A stretch of DNA of 64,000 nt. Source: Myxococcota bacterium (GTDB lineage: Bacteria; Myxococcota_A; SURF-8; G963663525). The position numbers and the translations under genes are program-made. The stretch spans positions 32,001 to 96,000 of the forward strand of contig CAXXVK010000012.1 in assembly GCA_963676915.2 (NCBI GenBank), written 5' to 3'. A model generated the notes under the pieces. It had not been told where the DNA came from. It saw only the letters and a program-made list of their open reading frames with translations, and did no database searches. Shown here piece by piece: positions 9,698-19,700 of this stretch. Within the stretch, counting starts at the first letter, position 1; each line of letters opens with the position of its first letter.

Positions 9698-10402
9698 TCA
9701 CTTACCCGATAGCAGGTCTTTTCTACGGTGGCGGGTGCGTTCCAACGCAATCTTTCGCTTCCATTCAGCCATGGCGGCATGATTGCCGGAAAGCAGTTCC
9801 TGTGGAACTTCCCGGCCTTCGAAAATACGAGGTTTGGTGTAAACCGGGCCTTCGAGCATCCCGTTAACAAAGCTCTCATTGCGATTGGATTCTTTGTTCC
9901 CCAGCACTCCCGGTACATAGCGGGCCACGGCGTCAACGACCGTCAAAGCGGCCAGTTCTCCACCGGAGAGGATGAAATCCCCGATGGACACCTCTTCGTC
10001 GATGTCCCGCTCTATGGCACGCTCGTCCACGCCTTCGTAACGACCACAAAGGAAAATCAAGTGCTTATAACCGGACAAACGACGGGCTTCGACATCGTCG
10101 AAGCGTTTTCCCTGGGGAGAAAGGTAGATCGAACGGCTTGGATTGCGTCGCTCGATCGAGTCGAAAGCTTTGGCGATCGGTTCGGGGCGTAATACCAGCC
10201 CTTCCCCGCCACCCGCCGGGCTGTCGTCGCAAATCTTGTGTTTACCCATTCCGAAATCGCGCAAAGCAACGATATTGACACGAACGATTCCGTTCCGAAT
10301 GGCTCGCCCCAACACACCTCCCTGCAACACGGATTCGACACAGGCAGGCAGTAAGGTCAGGATATCGACACGCAAAGCGGGAGGTTCAAGTTTCGGTTTC
10401 AT
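9698..10402 (-). CDS. trmD: tRNA (guanine-N1)-methyltransferase
   Basis: DDSPAGGGEG, YLSPQG, LCGRYEGVDER, SIGDFILSGGELAA and LLSGNHA motifs. Confidence 0.97.
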   Translation of the reverse strand: MKPKLEPPALRVDILTLLPACVESVLQGGVLGRAIRNGIVRVNIVALRDFGMGKHKICDDSPAGGGEGLVLRPEPIAKAFDSIERRNPSRSIYLSPQGKRFDDVEARRLSGYKHLIFLCGRYEGVDERAIERDIDEEVSIGDFILSGGELAALTVVDAVARYVPGVLGNKESNRNESFVNGMLEGPVYTKPRIFEGREVPQELLSGNHAAMAEWKRKIALERTRHRRKDLLSGK

Positions 10403-10925
10403 CGTTCCTGTATAACTCCAAAAGACCTTCGGGAGGACGCACGCGCATCGTCCGTTCGGTTAAATTCACTTCGAGAATCACGTCCGCGATGGCAGGAAGA
10501 AGAATCTCGCCTCGGGAATCGTTCACGACATAGCAATCATGCGCCCCGGTTTCCCATACTCGAGCGAGTTTTCCCAAACAGTCACCGCTATCTGCATCGA
10601 TCACGTCCAGGCCGATCAGGTCGGTAATGTAGTTTTCCCCAGGCGGAAGATCGGGAAACAGGCTTCGTTCAACATGAACGGTGGCGCCTTTGAGGGCTTC
10701 GGCGGCGTTGCGGTCGTCAACCCCTTTGAAGCGAACCCTCCACCCTTTGTTCAACGGAGATACGGAGCGAATCTCCAGTTGTTTCGATACCTTGCCCGAC
10801 AACGTAACGGCAGAAACATTCGTCAGCAAATCGCTGTCGGGATTGAATGTCATAACCACCACATCCCCGCGAATTCCGTGGGGGCGTCCGATGTATCCTA
10901 TATCGATGGAATCGTTATTTTTCAT
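10386..10925 (-). CDS. rimM: 16S rRNA processing protein RimM
   Basis: IGYIGRPHGIRGDV, DRNAAEAL, YITDLIGL, ETGAHD and LLPAI motifs. True start is ATG 10925 (MKNNDS); the longer ORF-track extension is antisense to the radical SAM gene. Confidence 0.93.
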   Translation of the reverse strand: MKNNDSIDIGYIGRPHGIRGDVVVMTFNPDSDLLTNVSAVTLSGKVSKQLEIRSVSPLNKGWRVRFKGVDDRNAAEALKGATVHVERSLFPDLPPGENYITDLIGLDVIDADSGDCLGKLARVWETGAHDCYVVNDSRGEILLPAIADVILEVNLTERTMRVRPPEGLLELYRNDETET

Positions 10926-11057
10926 CTCGTGCCATTCTTTCCAAACGTTCTCTTTCTTCTTATCCCATGATTTTGCATCATTGCCAATCGCTTTCGGCTG
11001 TGCAAGATAGAGAAAAACAGCTTCGTTTGCAAAAAAGTTGCGCAAAGGACAACACTC

Positions 11058-12164
11058 ATGACCCAAAGAATGGAATACGAAGTCGGCCCTATACGTCCCC
11101 CGAGTGAAGCACGCAGCCTGCTGGTCCGCGTGACACGCAATTGTCCTTGGAACCGCTGCCGATTCTGTACGGTCTACAAAGGAACCCGTTTCAGTCGTCG
11201 CAAGGTCGAAAACGTACTTGCCGACATCGACACCATGGCCCAGCTCGCCGAACGCCTCGAAAGCACATCCCAAACGCTGGGATATGGCGGGAGAATCACA
11301 CAGCCGGTGTTGGACGTACTCGCCAGCGAGGGGATTCCGGTAGATCTGACCTACCAGATCGCCCTTTTTCTGGCCGATGGCGCACACTCCGTATTTTTGC
11401 AGGACGCCAACAGTCTGCTGGTCGCCAACGGGGAATTGATTCCCATTCTTCAAAGACTTTACGAACGTTTTCCCAACATCGACAAAGTAACCACCTACGC
11501 CCGCTCGAAAACACTCGTACGTAAAACGTCGGAAAAACTGAAGATGCTGCACGAAGCCGGACTGACCCGCGTTCATGTGGGTATGGAATCCGGTTCCGCA
11601 GCCGTATTGGAACGCATCGAAAAAGGCGCAACGCCCGACGACCATATCCGGGGAGGACGCGCCGCCGTGGAAGCGGGATTGGAGTTGTCCGAGTACGTCA
11701 TGCCCGGTCTCGGCGGACGGGATCAGAGCGAGGAACACGCGATAGAAACAGCCCGAGTCAACAATGAAATCCGGCCTCACTTCATTCGTCTGCGCACGTT
11801 TGCGCCGTTACCCGGAAGTGGCATGCGCGAAGATGCCGAAGCGGGACGTTTCGAACTCATGACGCCAGTGGAAACAGTCAAGGAAATCCGTACGTTTATC
11901 GAACATCTCGACCTTCCCGGCGGGCGACTCGTCAGCGATCACGACTACAATCTGTTAATGGAAGTGGAAGGAGATTTTCCAGAGGAAAAACCCGACATGC
12001 TGGAGATTCTCGACCGTTTTCTGGAACTCGACGAGAAAGAACAGTTCCTTTTCGCGGCAGGCAGGCGACTGGGCTATTTCCATGCTCTCGACGACCTGAA
12101 GTACAGCCCCAATCGCGCCATGGTGGAAAAATTCGTGGAAAGCGGCAAGTTCCGATTCAAATAA
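11058..12164 (+). CDS. Radical SAM protein, function unknown
   Basis: GPIRPPSEARSLLVRVTRNCPWNRCRFC (CxxxCxxC), FLQDANSL, HVGMESGS and YVMPGLGG. Confidence 0.9.
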   Translation: MTQRMEYEVGPIRPPSEARSLLVRVTRNCPWNRCRFCTVYKGTRFSRRKVENVLADIDTMAQLAERLESTSQTLGYGGRITQPVLDVLASEGIPVDLTYQIALFLADGAHSVFLQDANSLLVANGELIPILQRLYERFPNIDKVTTYARSKTLVRKTSEKLKMLHEAGLTRVHVGMESGSAAVLERIEKGATPDDHIRGGRAAVEAGLELSEYVMPGLGGRDQSEEHAIETARVNNEIRPHFIRLRTFAPLPGSGMREDAEAGRFELMTPVETVKEIRTFIEHLDLPGGRLVSDHDYNLLMEVEGDFPEEKPDMLEILDRFLELDEKEQFLFAAGRRLGYFHALDDLKYSPNRAMVEKFVESGKFRFK

Positions 12165-12229
12165 TTACCGTTTCAGGAAAACGATTACATTTTCAACCGA
12201 CTCGATACATCGTTTCCTGTATATTTCAT

Positions 12230-12258
12230 AAAAAAAGAGCGGGATCATACCCGCTCTT
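12230..12258 (-). terminator. Rho-independent terminator
   Basis: AAGAGCGGG-ATCATA-CCCGCTCTT stem. The A-run gives a U-tail on the minus strand, just downstream of the Cys-rich gene. Confidence 0.75.
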
Positions 12259-12286
12259 AAAATCTCTAGAATAACGCAGGAGCTAT

Positions 12287-12628
12287 TTATTTTTTATATT
12301 GCTCCCACTCGCAATCCATTTTGCAAACGTCGCGAAGTTCGTCACAACGACTCTCACACTTTTTATTGTTTTTACCCGAGCAATAGGTTTTGCAAGAACG
12401 CGCCGTATCTTTGCATACGTCGATACATTTCGCGCATGTATCTTTGCATTTTCCGGTTTTCTTGCAACGATCCGGACAATCATCCCCGATAGCAGTCGGT
12501 GTTATATCCTGTCCTGACACGATTTGCAGATCCGCTTTTGTCAAATCATCAAGCACTTCAGCGCGCACTCCCGTAGAAAACGACATTACGCACACCAAGA
12601 CTCCGAGTCCAACGAACCACAGTTTCAT
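12287..12628 (-). CDS. Small secreted Cys/Lys-rich protein with six CxxxC motifs
   Basis: AGGAGGG SD, signal peptide ending VRA, 12 Cys arranged as 6x CX3C, own terminator. Confidence 0.75.
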   Translation of the reverse strand: MKLWFVGLGVLVCVMSFSTGVRAEVLDDLTKADLQIVSGQDITPTAIGDDCPDRCKKTGKCKDTCAKCIDVCKDTARSCKTYCSGKNNKKCESRCDELRDVCKMDCEWEQYKK

Positions 12629-12755
12629 CGCATCCCTCCTGATCATCTTTCAAACTTTAACGAATTAATAATTTCCACACTGTAGTTTGTCTACACTACA
12701 GCTTGCTAACTGGTCAAGAAAAAACATCTGCAGCCATACACATACAATTAGCGCA

Positions 12756-14225
12756 TTATATTGCTACGGGAAAACGCAGCCGAAACGTGGTTCCGACATT
12801 CTTTTCGGATTCTACGTCAATGAAACCGTTGTGGCCTTCGACCACTTTTTTCACCACCGAAAGCCCCAGACCCGAACCTGTAATGCTGCGGGTTTCCTTG
12901 CCTTTCACGCGGAAAAAGCGATCGAAAATATGGGGCAGATCCTCTTTACCGATCCCGATGCCGCTATCACGCACCTCAATCGTTATCAAACCGGATTGAT
13001 TCTTTACCGACACCTCGACCGTGCCGCCCTCCGGTGTGTATTTGATGGCGTTGCCTACAACATTCATGAACGCGCTTTTGATGTGGTCGTGATCGGCCTG
13101 GAACCACCAATCCGTCCCTAACGATTTGTATTGAAAAGGTATTCTCTTCTTTTCAGCCTGCACCTGCAAAACTTCCAAGACGTTTTCGAGGATCTCGTTG
13201 CCTTTCAAGCGTTCCAGATTGAAAACAATCGCCCCTGATTCCAACTTGGAAAGACTCAACAGGTTGGCGATAAGTTGCAGAAGCTCTTTCGTCCGTACCG
13301 TCATGCGCTCATGGAGCCGTTCGCAAGGCGTCCCGTCCAGGGTGTCGCACCCGGCGCGCATGGCGTAAATCATCTGTTCGATGGACGCCAGCGGAGCACG
13401 GAGTTCGTGGGACACCATCGCCACGAACTCGGACTTCTGCCGATCGATCATCTTGTGGGTGCTAATATCCTCGAATACCGAAACAGACCCCAAGACCTCG
13501 CCATCCGATGACAAGACAGGCGAGCAATGCGCCCGAAGATAGTATCGTGAAATACTGCCCGGTTCGAATTCGCGAGTCACGGTTTTCGCATCATCGATGG
13601 CTTCGCGTACCATCGAAACGGCGTTGGCGTCCCGAATGGACAACGCCAGCGGCTTTCCAACGAAAGGATCGGTCTGGATCTGTAATATGTTGACCGCTGC
13701 CGGATTGTGGTGAACCACCACAGCATCCCGATTGGTAACAAGCACCGCCTCGATCATACAGGCGAACACGGTTTTCAGACGGCTTTGTTCCTCCGCTATC
13801 GTCATCAGATCTCGTGCTTTTTCTTTCTTTAACTTCTCCGTTTCGGCAACGAGAGAGCGTTTTTCCAAGGCGCGACCCACGACGATACGAATGTAGTCGG
13901 GTGTAAACGGCTTGCCAACAAAATCGAAAGCGCCTTGTTTCATCGCCGCTACCGCTTTGGATACAGTGGCGAAACCGGTAATGACAATCACCTGTATTTC
14001 CGGCTGGTTGGCTTTGATCCAGGACAGCACCTCGAAACCATCGATTCCCGGCATCATCAGATCCAGCAGTACAACATCGAATCGCGATTCCTTCATCCGT
14101 TCGATGCCGAGCGTCCCGTTTTCGGCTTTGACGATATCGAGAACCAAGCCCCGCAAAGAGCGCTCGCACCCCTCTCGAATCACCTGCTCGTCATCGATGA
14201 TCAACAATCGGGCGTTTTCGGTCAT
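12756..14225 (-). CDS. Hybrid receiver-PAS-histidine kinase
   Basis: LIIDDE..LLDLMMPG..KPF receiver, PAS, VSHELRAPL H-box, NAIKY, DSGIG, FDRFFR and GSGLGL. Confidence 0.93.
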   Translation of the reverse strand: MTENARLLIIDDEQVIREGCERSLRGLVLDIVKAENGTLGIERMKESRFDVVLLDLMMPGIDGFEVLSWIKANQPEIQVIVITGFATVSKAVAAMKQGAFDFVGKPFTPDYIRIVVGRALEKRSLVAETEKLKKEKARDLMTIAEEQSRLKTVFACMIEAVLVTNRDAVVVHHNPAAVNILQIQTDPFVGKPLALSIRDANAVSMVREAIDDAKTVTREFEPGSISRYYLRAHCSPVLSSDGEVLGSVSVFEDISTHKMIDRQKSEFVAMVSHELRAPLASIEQMIYAMRAGCDTLDGTPCERLHERMTVRTKELLQLIANLLSLSKLESGAIVFNLERLKGNEILENVLEVLQVQAEKKRIPFQYKSLGTDWWFQADHDHIKSAFMNVVGNAIKYTPEGGTVEVSVKNQSGLITIEVRDSGIGIGKEDLPHIFDRFFRVKGKETRSITGSGLGLSVVKKVVEGHNGFIDVESEKNVGTTFRLRFPVAI

Positions 14226-14294
14226 GGCCGTTCCCCGCTAACCCGTATCCTTCGAATGAAACCGGCCCGGATAATCCGGACCGGGGCGATACCG

Positions 14295-14681
14295 TCAGTT
14301 CAGCCAGTGCTTGATCCGATCGAGCAATTCCTGCGGTTCGACAGGCTTGGGAATATAGTCCTCCGCCTCGCTTTCCAGCATGTCGCGGTGGGAATACGTG
14401 CTCGAAGAGACGTGATCCGCCACGGCAGTCAGCAGAATTACCGGAATATCCGCCGTATTGGGATCGCTTTTGATTTTGTCGCAGGCGGCGTGGCCGTCCA
14501 TTACCGGCATCATGACATCGAGAATCACGAGATCCGGATCGAAACCGGGAAGTTTTTCCAACCCTTCCTTGCCGTCATAGGCGACTTCGACTTTGTAACC
14601 GCCTTTTTCCACAACGGTTTTGATGGCTTCCACGAAATCCGGATCGTCATCCACCAACAATACTTTTTTCATTTCGCTCAT
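14295..14681 (-). CDS. Single-domain response regulator
   Basis: VLLVDDD, ILDVMMP, LLTA and KP motifs. Confidence 0.92.
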   Translation of the reverse strand: MSEMKKVLLVDDDPDFVEAIKTVVEKGGYKVEVAYDGKEGLEKLPGFDPDLVILDVMMPVMDGHAACDKIKSDPNTADIPVILLTAVADHVSSSTYSHRDMLESEAEDYIPKPVEPQELLDRIKHWLN

Positions 14682-14726
14682 GGTTCACCTCCTGTAGTGC
14701 AGAGTTGCCAAGGGATGGCCTCGCCA

Positions 14727-15653
14727 TCAATCGACTTTCGGACGTGGCAGCAATCCCGCTCTCGATACGATTTCATTGACTTTTTCTTCCCACTCGATCG
14801 CCATGACGTGCACTCCGGCCACGCCTTCGATCTCCTTGACCCGTTCGATCGTTTCAATACACATATCGATGCCCTTTTGGGCCTGTTCCTCTTTGGGAAC
14901 CTCGCTGATGCGAGCAATCACCTCGTCTGGGATATCCATACCCGCGACCATACGTTTCATAAATTTGGCCATTCCGGCAGATTTCAACGGGGTTACTCCC
15001 GCCAGAATGGCGACCCGTTCGTGCAAGCCTTCTTTGCGCAACTCTTCCATGTAGCGCTCGAATTTTTCCAGGTTGTAAATGCACTGGGTCTGCACGAAAT
15101 CGGCACCGGCTTCGACCTTCAGCGACAGGCGAGGAACCCGTATTTCATAGGGATCTGCAAAGGGATTGACCGCACAACCGATAAAAAATTTCGGTGGTCC
15201 GTCGATCTTTTTGCCGGAAGGAAACACGCCTTCGTCTCGCATGGTTTTCACAAGGTTGATAAGCTGCATCGAGTCGATATCGAAGACGTTCTTGGCCTGC
15301 GGATCATCGCCGAAAATCTGGTGATCGCCGGAGAGGCACAGCAGATTCCGAATCCCCATCGCACTGGCACCGAGAATGTCGGACTGCAAAGCGATCCGGT
15401 TGCGATCACGAACCACCATCTGCATGTTCGGTTCGATGCCGTTTTCCTTCAACAGCAGACAACCAGCCATAGAATTCATCCGTACCACCGAAGTCTGGTT
15501 GTCCGTCACATTGCAGGAATCGGCGTTTCCTTGAATGAATTTGGCCTTGCGATGAACGACCTCCGGATCTGCGCCTCGTGGCGGCCCGCACTCGGCCGTA
15601 ACGGCAAAATGTCCCGCAGCCAGCACTTTTTCGAGATTGCTCCCTGATTTCAT
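14727..15653 (-). CDS. metF: Methylenetetrahydrofolate reductase, large subunit
   Basis: TAECGPPRG, NVTDNQ, RDRNRIALQSD, LSGDH and GADFVQTQ. Start MKSGSN overlaps the metV stop (ATGA). Confidence 0.95.
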   Translation of the reverse strand: MKSGSNLEKVLAAGHFAVTAECGPPRGADPEVVHRKAKFIQGNADSCNVTDNQTSVVRMNSMAGCLLLKENGIEPNMQMVVRDRNRIALQSDILGASAMGIRNLLCLSGDHQIFGDDPQAKNVFDIDSMQLINLVKTMRDEGVFPSGKKIDGPPKFFIGCAVNPFADPYEIRVPRLSLKVEAGADFVQTQCIYNLEKFERYMEELRKEGLHERVAILAGVTPLKSAGMAKFMKRMVAGMDIPDEVIARISEVPKEEQAQKGIDMCIETIERVKEIEGVAGVHVMAIEWEEKVNEIVSRAGLLPRPKVD

Positions 15654-16318
15654 TCCTGCAAATCCTTCCTGACGATGCGGCGCGGTCCGCCGTCCCGACT
15701 GGTGCGCCAACGTTTGAACGATTGCAACTTCCGGTAATTATCCAGTTGATTCAACGACTTGAGACGATCGACAATGAGTTGCCAACCACAGTCCACGTTT
15801 TTGTCGATTTCGCATTTTCCGTTGGACGACCCACCGCACGGGCCGTGGAACAGGCTTTTCGAACAACGCGTCACCGGGCAGATTCCACCGGTCAGGTGCA
15901 ACACACAGTCTCCGCAAGCCTGACAGCGTTCGGCCCACTCTCCCTGTCGCTCGGTCACTCCGATAAAAGCGGTGTTGATGCCCGGCAGCACAGGCACTCC
16001 CATGTAACGTTCGGCCATAAACTGCACACCGGCCCCGCAGGCGATGGACAACACGGCGTCGTGGTCCCGGATGTACGAATGCATGGTGTCGAGGTATTCG
16101 GGATCGCATTGACGCTCCAACGTTACCTCTTTGATTTGAATCGGCTTTTTCGCCGTTTCACGAGCCAGGCGGATCGTCGAGGCCAACACCTGAACTTCCT
16201 TTTCTCCTCCGGCGCGGCAGACCGTCACACAGCCGTGGCACCCGGCCAGCACGATGTTCTCGTACGGCTCGATGATGGCCATGATTTCTTCGAAGGGCTT
16301 GGCTTCTCCCATGATCAT
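15650..16318 (-). CDS. metV: MTHFR small Fe-S/Zn subunit MetV
   Basis: GCHGC..C, ERQCD, ACGAG, ERCQACGDC..TGGICP..RCSKSL.HGPCGG..C..CGW. GGAGG SD before ATG 16318. Confidence 0.92.
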   Translation of the reverse strand: MIMGEAKPFEEIMAIIEPYENIVLAGCHGCVTVCRAGGEKEVQVLASTIRLARETAKKPIQIKEVTLERQCDPEYLDTMHSYIRDHDAVLSIACGAGVQFMAERYMGVPVLPGINTAFIGVTERQGEWAERCQACGDCVLHLTGGICPVTRCSKSLFHGPCGGSSNGKCEIDKNVDCGWQLIVDRLKSLNQLDNYRKLQSFKRWRTSRDGGPRRIVRKDLQE

Positions 16319-16322
16319 GACG

Positions 16323-16778
16323 TTATCCCTCCTGGATACTCTGTGAGACAATCGACGACTCGGCCCGAACGAGGTTCAGAGGACTGGGACCGAGCTTCAC
16401 GATGTGTTCGGTCATATCCGCGACATGAGCGGCGAACTTGGCCCCTTCTCCGGCGCTGAGGTTGTACATTCGCGCCCGCTCTTCTCCCTGACCGGCTAAG
16501 GCAAGCAAGGCGGCGGCTCGATTCACTCTCTCTCTGGCTCGCAGATTCCCTTTGACGAAGTGGCAATCGCCCTCAAGACAGCCCACGACCATCACGCCGT
16601 CAGCGCCATTTTCGAAGGCTTTGAGAATCATCACTTCGTCCACGCGTCCCGTACAGGGAACCATGACGATCGACGTGTTTGCCGTGTAATGCCGACGTTC
16701 CGAACCTGCCAGGTCCGCAGCGGTGTACGCTCAATGGCGGCAGGCGAAAATCATCAAATTGGGTTCGAATTGTTCCAT
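16323..16778 (-). CDS. mvhD: Hydrogenase [2Fe-2S] subunit MvhD/FlxD, selenocysteine-containing
   Basis: Reads MEQFEPNLMIFACRH-TGA-AYTAADLAG..VPCTGRV..GADGV..GCLEGDCHF. The TGA (16731-16733) aligns to the conserved Cys of the N-terminal CxxC. Confidence 0.92.
16701..16717 (-). promoter_or_regulatory. Putative bacterial SECIS hairpin
   Basis: CGGACCU-GGC-AGGUUCG 7-bp stem. The loop begins with G, 20 nt after the UGA. Confidence 0.7.
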
Positions 16779-16787
16779 GATCGTTCC

Positions 16788-19700
16788 TTATGGTGCGTTT
16801 TGTTCCATTTCACGCGCCGAAAACGCCGTGATTTTGGAGAAAATACTTTTGTCTTCATAACGGCCCAGGGTAATCGCCTTGGCCGGACATTCTGAAACGC
16901 AAATCCCACAGCCTTGACACAATGCCGGATTGATTTCGGCAGCGTGTTTGTCGTTGATGAACGGCACTCCGTAGGGACAGGCTCGCACGCAGGTCAGGCA
17001 TACCGCGCAATGTTCGGGGTTGACTTTCGACACCACTCCCGACATCCGCAGCTTGTCTTTGGATAGAATCGTCGCCGCCCGCGCCACAGCCGCCGCCGCC
17101 TGGGAAATGGTTTCCGGGATGGATTTCGGACCGTGGGCCATGCCCGCCAGGAACAATCCCTCGCTGGCGAAATCCACGGGGCGCAATTTGGCGTGAGCCT
17201 CGAAAAAGAAACCCTGCGGATTCCTCGGCACACGCAGCATCGACGCCAACTCTTCGTTTTCACTGGCTTCCACACCGGTTGAAAGCACCAGCAGATCCGG
17301 GGTGATACGAAGTTTCCTGCGAATCGACGGATCGACCACAGCGACGGTAAGGCCGTCTTGGGTAACCTCTACTTCGATGGGATTTCGTATGGCGTCGTAT
17401 CGGATGAAATTGACTCCGGCTTCCCGCGCTTTGCGATAGTGCAATTCACTGTGACCATAGCTTCGGATATCGCGGTACAGCACATCCACCCGACACTCCG
17501 GCAACAGCATTTTCAAGCGCAAAGCGTTTTTGATCGCCTGATTGCAGCAGACACGCGAACAATAGGAAAGCCCCTCTTCGCAACGTGAACCGGCACATTG
17601 GATCATGACGACATGGTGGGGATTTCGCTCTTTGAAATCATCTCCCTCTATGCGAACTTCAAGATCAAGTTGCGTCAAAACGTTCTCGAACGCACCCAAT
17701 CCATACAATTCCGGTCGAGATTCCCTGCCGCCCGTCGCTACGATGATCGCACCGTGGCGAACCGTCCGCGCCACACCGGCAGGCGTCATGATCTCGGTTT
17801 CGAAATTACCGACAAATCCCGAATGCTCGACGATCTGCGATCCCGCGAACACCTGTATTTTCGGATATTCCTTGATCTGAGCCATCAATTCATAGAGATA
17901 GCGACTGACGGATAATCCATCGACCGTCCGGCGCAGGCGTCGCAGATTGCCACCGAGGTTCTTTTCCCGTTCGACGAGATACACGCCGAAACCCTGTTTC
18001 GCCGCTTCGATAGCCGCCGTCATGCCCGCCAGACCGCCGCCGATGATTAGAACGTTGGAATTGACCTCGAATTCGTGATCCTGCAACGGCTCGGCCTGAG
18101 CCACGTTGGCAACGGCCATCGTCACCAGTCGTTTGGCTTTTTTCGTCGCTTCCCTGGGTTGATCCTGATGTACCCAGCTACATTGATCGCGAATGTTGGC
18201 CATATCGAACATGTAGCGGTTCAAACCCGATTGCCGCAGCGTTTCTTGAAAGACCGGTTCGTGCGTTCTTGGAGAACAGGCCGCAACGACGAAATGCGTC
18301 AACCCGTACTCGGCAATCAGTTCCCTCATGTGCTCCTGGGTATCCTGGGAACAGGTATATAGCGGATGATCGGCGTAGACGACATCGGGCAACGTCTTGG
18401 CGTACTCCACCACCGATTCCACATCCACCACCGAGGCGATGTTGATCCCGCAATGGCAGACAAACACCCCGATGCGTTTCTCCTCATTCTCGTCGAACCG
18501 ACGTTCGGGCGGAAATTCCTCCTTCGCCACCAGACTTCCACGGGCTTCCCGAAGATTTCCCGCAGCCACCCCCGCCGCCCCACTGGCTTCGCTAACGGTT
18601 TCCGGGATATCTTTGGGACCGTTGAACATCCCGGAGACGAAAAAGCCTGGACGATTGGTAGCCAACGGACGAAATGTGTCGGTTTGTGCGAAACCGAAGC
18701 GATCCAGATCGATTTCGAGTCGTTTGGCAAGATCTTTCGTCTCTTCGGATACCTGAACCCCCACCGACAGCACGACGAGATCGAAACTTTCTTTCGTAGG
18801 TTTGCCCTCTTCGTCCACGTAACGCAGTTCGAGATCGTGGGTCACGGGATCATCGTACACGCGGCTGACCATTGCCCGAACGTAACGCACGCCGTAATGG
18901 TCGCGTGCCCGGTCTGCGTAGGCGTCGAAATTCTTTCCGAAAGCCCTTAGATCGATATAGAAAATCGCGGCTTCGATGTCCGAATCATGTTCTCGGGCAA
19001 TCACCGCCTCTTTCGTGGCATACATACAACAGACGCTGGAGCAGTAATCCCGGTCGCAGGTGACATCTCGCGAGCCGACACATTGAATCCAGGCGATTTT
19101 TCTCGGGTGCGTCCCGTCGCTAGGGCGCAGTACCTTGCCCGTCGTCGGACCGGAAGCCGACAACAAACGCTCGAATTCGATACTCGTCATGACGTTGGGA
19201 TAAACACCATAACCAAACTCCGCCCGACGTTCGGCGCGGAACATCTCGTAACCCGGCGATAAAATGACCGATCCGATATCGAGTTCGTGGATGATTTCTT
19301 TCTGCGTGTAATCGATGGCTTTGGCATCGCACAACGATTGGCAGGTTCCACACGCCCCTGTATTGAGTTGCACACAGCTTTCGGTATCGATCACCGGAAC
19401 CCGTGGAACGGCTTGCGGATACTTGATATAAATCGGCTTTCGCGGAGACAAGCGCTCGTTGAATTCGGAAAGCAGCGGACGCGGAACGTTGTCGGAAAGC
19501 TCCGTAATATCAAGAAATTCCACCGGGCAAACGGACACACATGCGCCGCAGGCCCGGCAAACGTCCTTGGCAACCTCAATCCCTTCGGACGAAAGCCGTA
19601 GCGCTCCGGTTCCCATCACGCGGTCACACATCATCTGGCACAGACCGCAACGCAGGCAATCGTGTCCCGTTTCGAATTCCTTTTTCAAGCGATCGGAGCG

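Noticed and set aside
10926-11780. 464-aa ORF suggesting an N-terminally extended RimM
   Set aside because: The extension is the antisense shadow of the radical SAM gene. RimM homology begins at ATG 10925.
13935-15647. 570-aa + strand ORF
   Set aside because: Antisense to metF, the response regulator and the kinase, with no motifs. This is a codon-bias shadow ORF, like 32817-34070 and 2847-3788.
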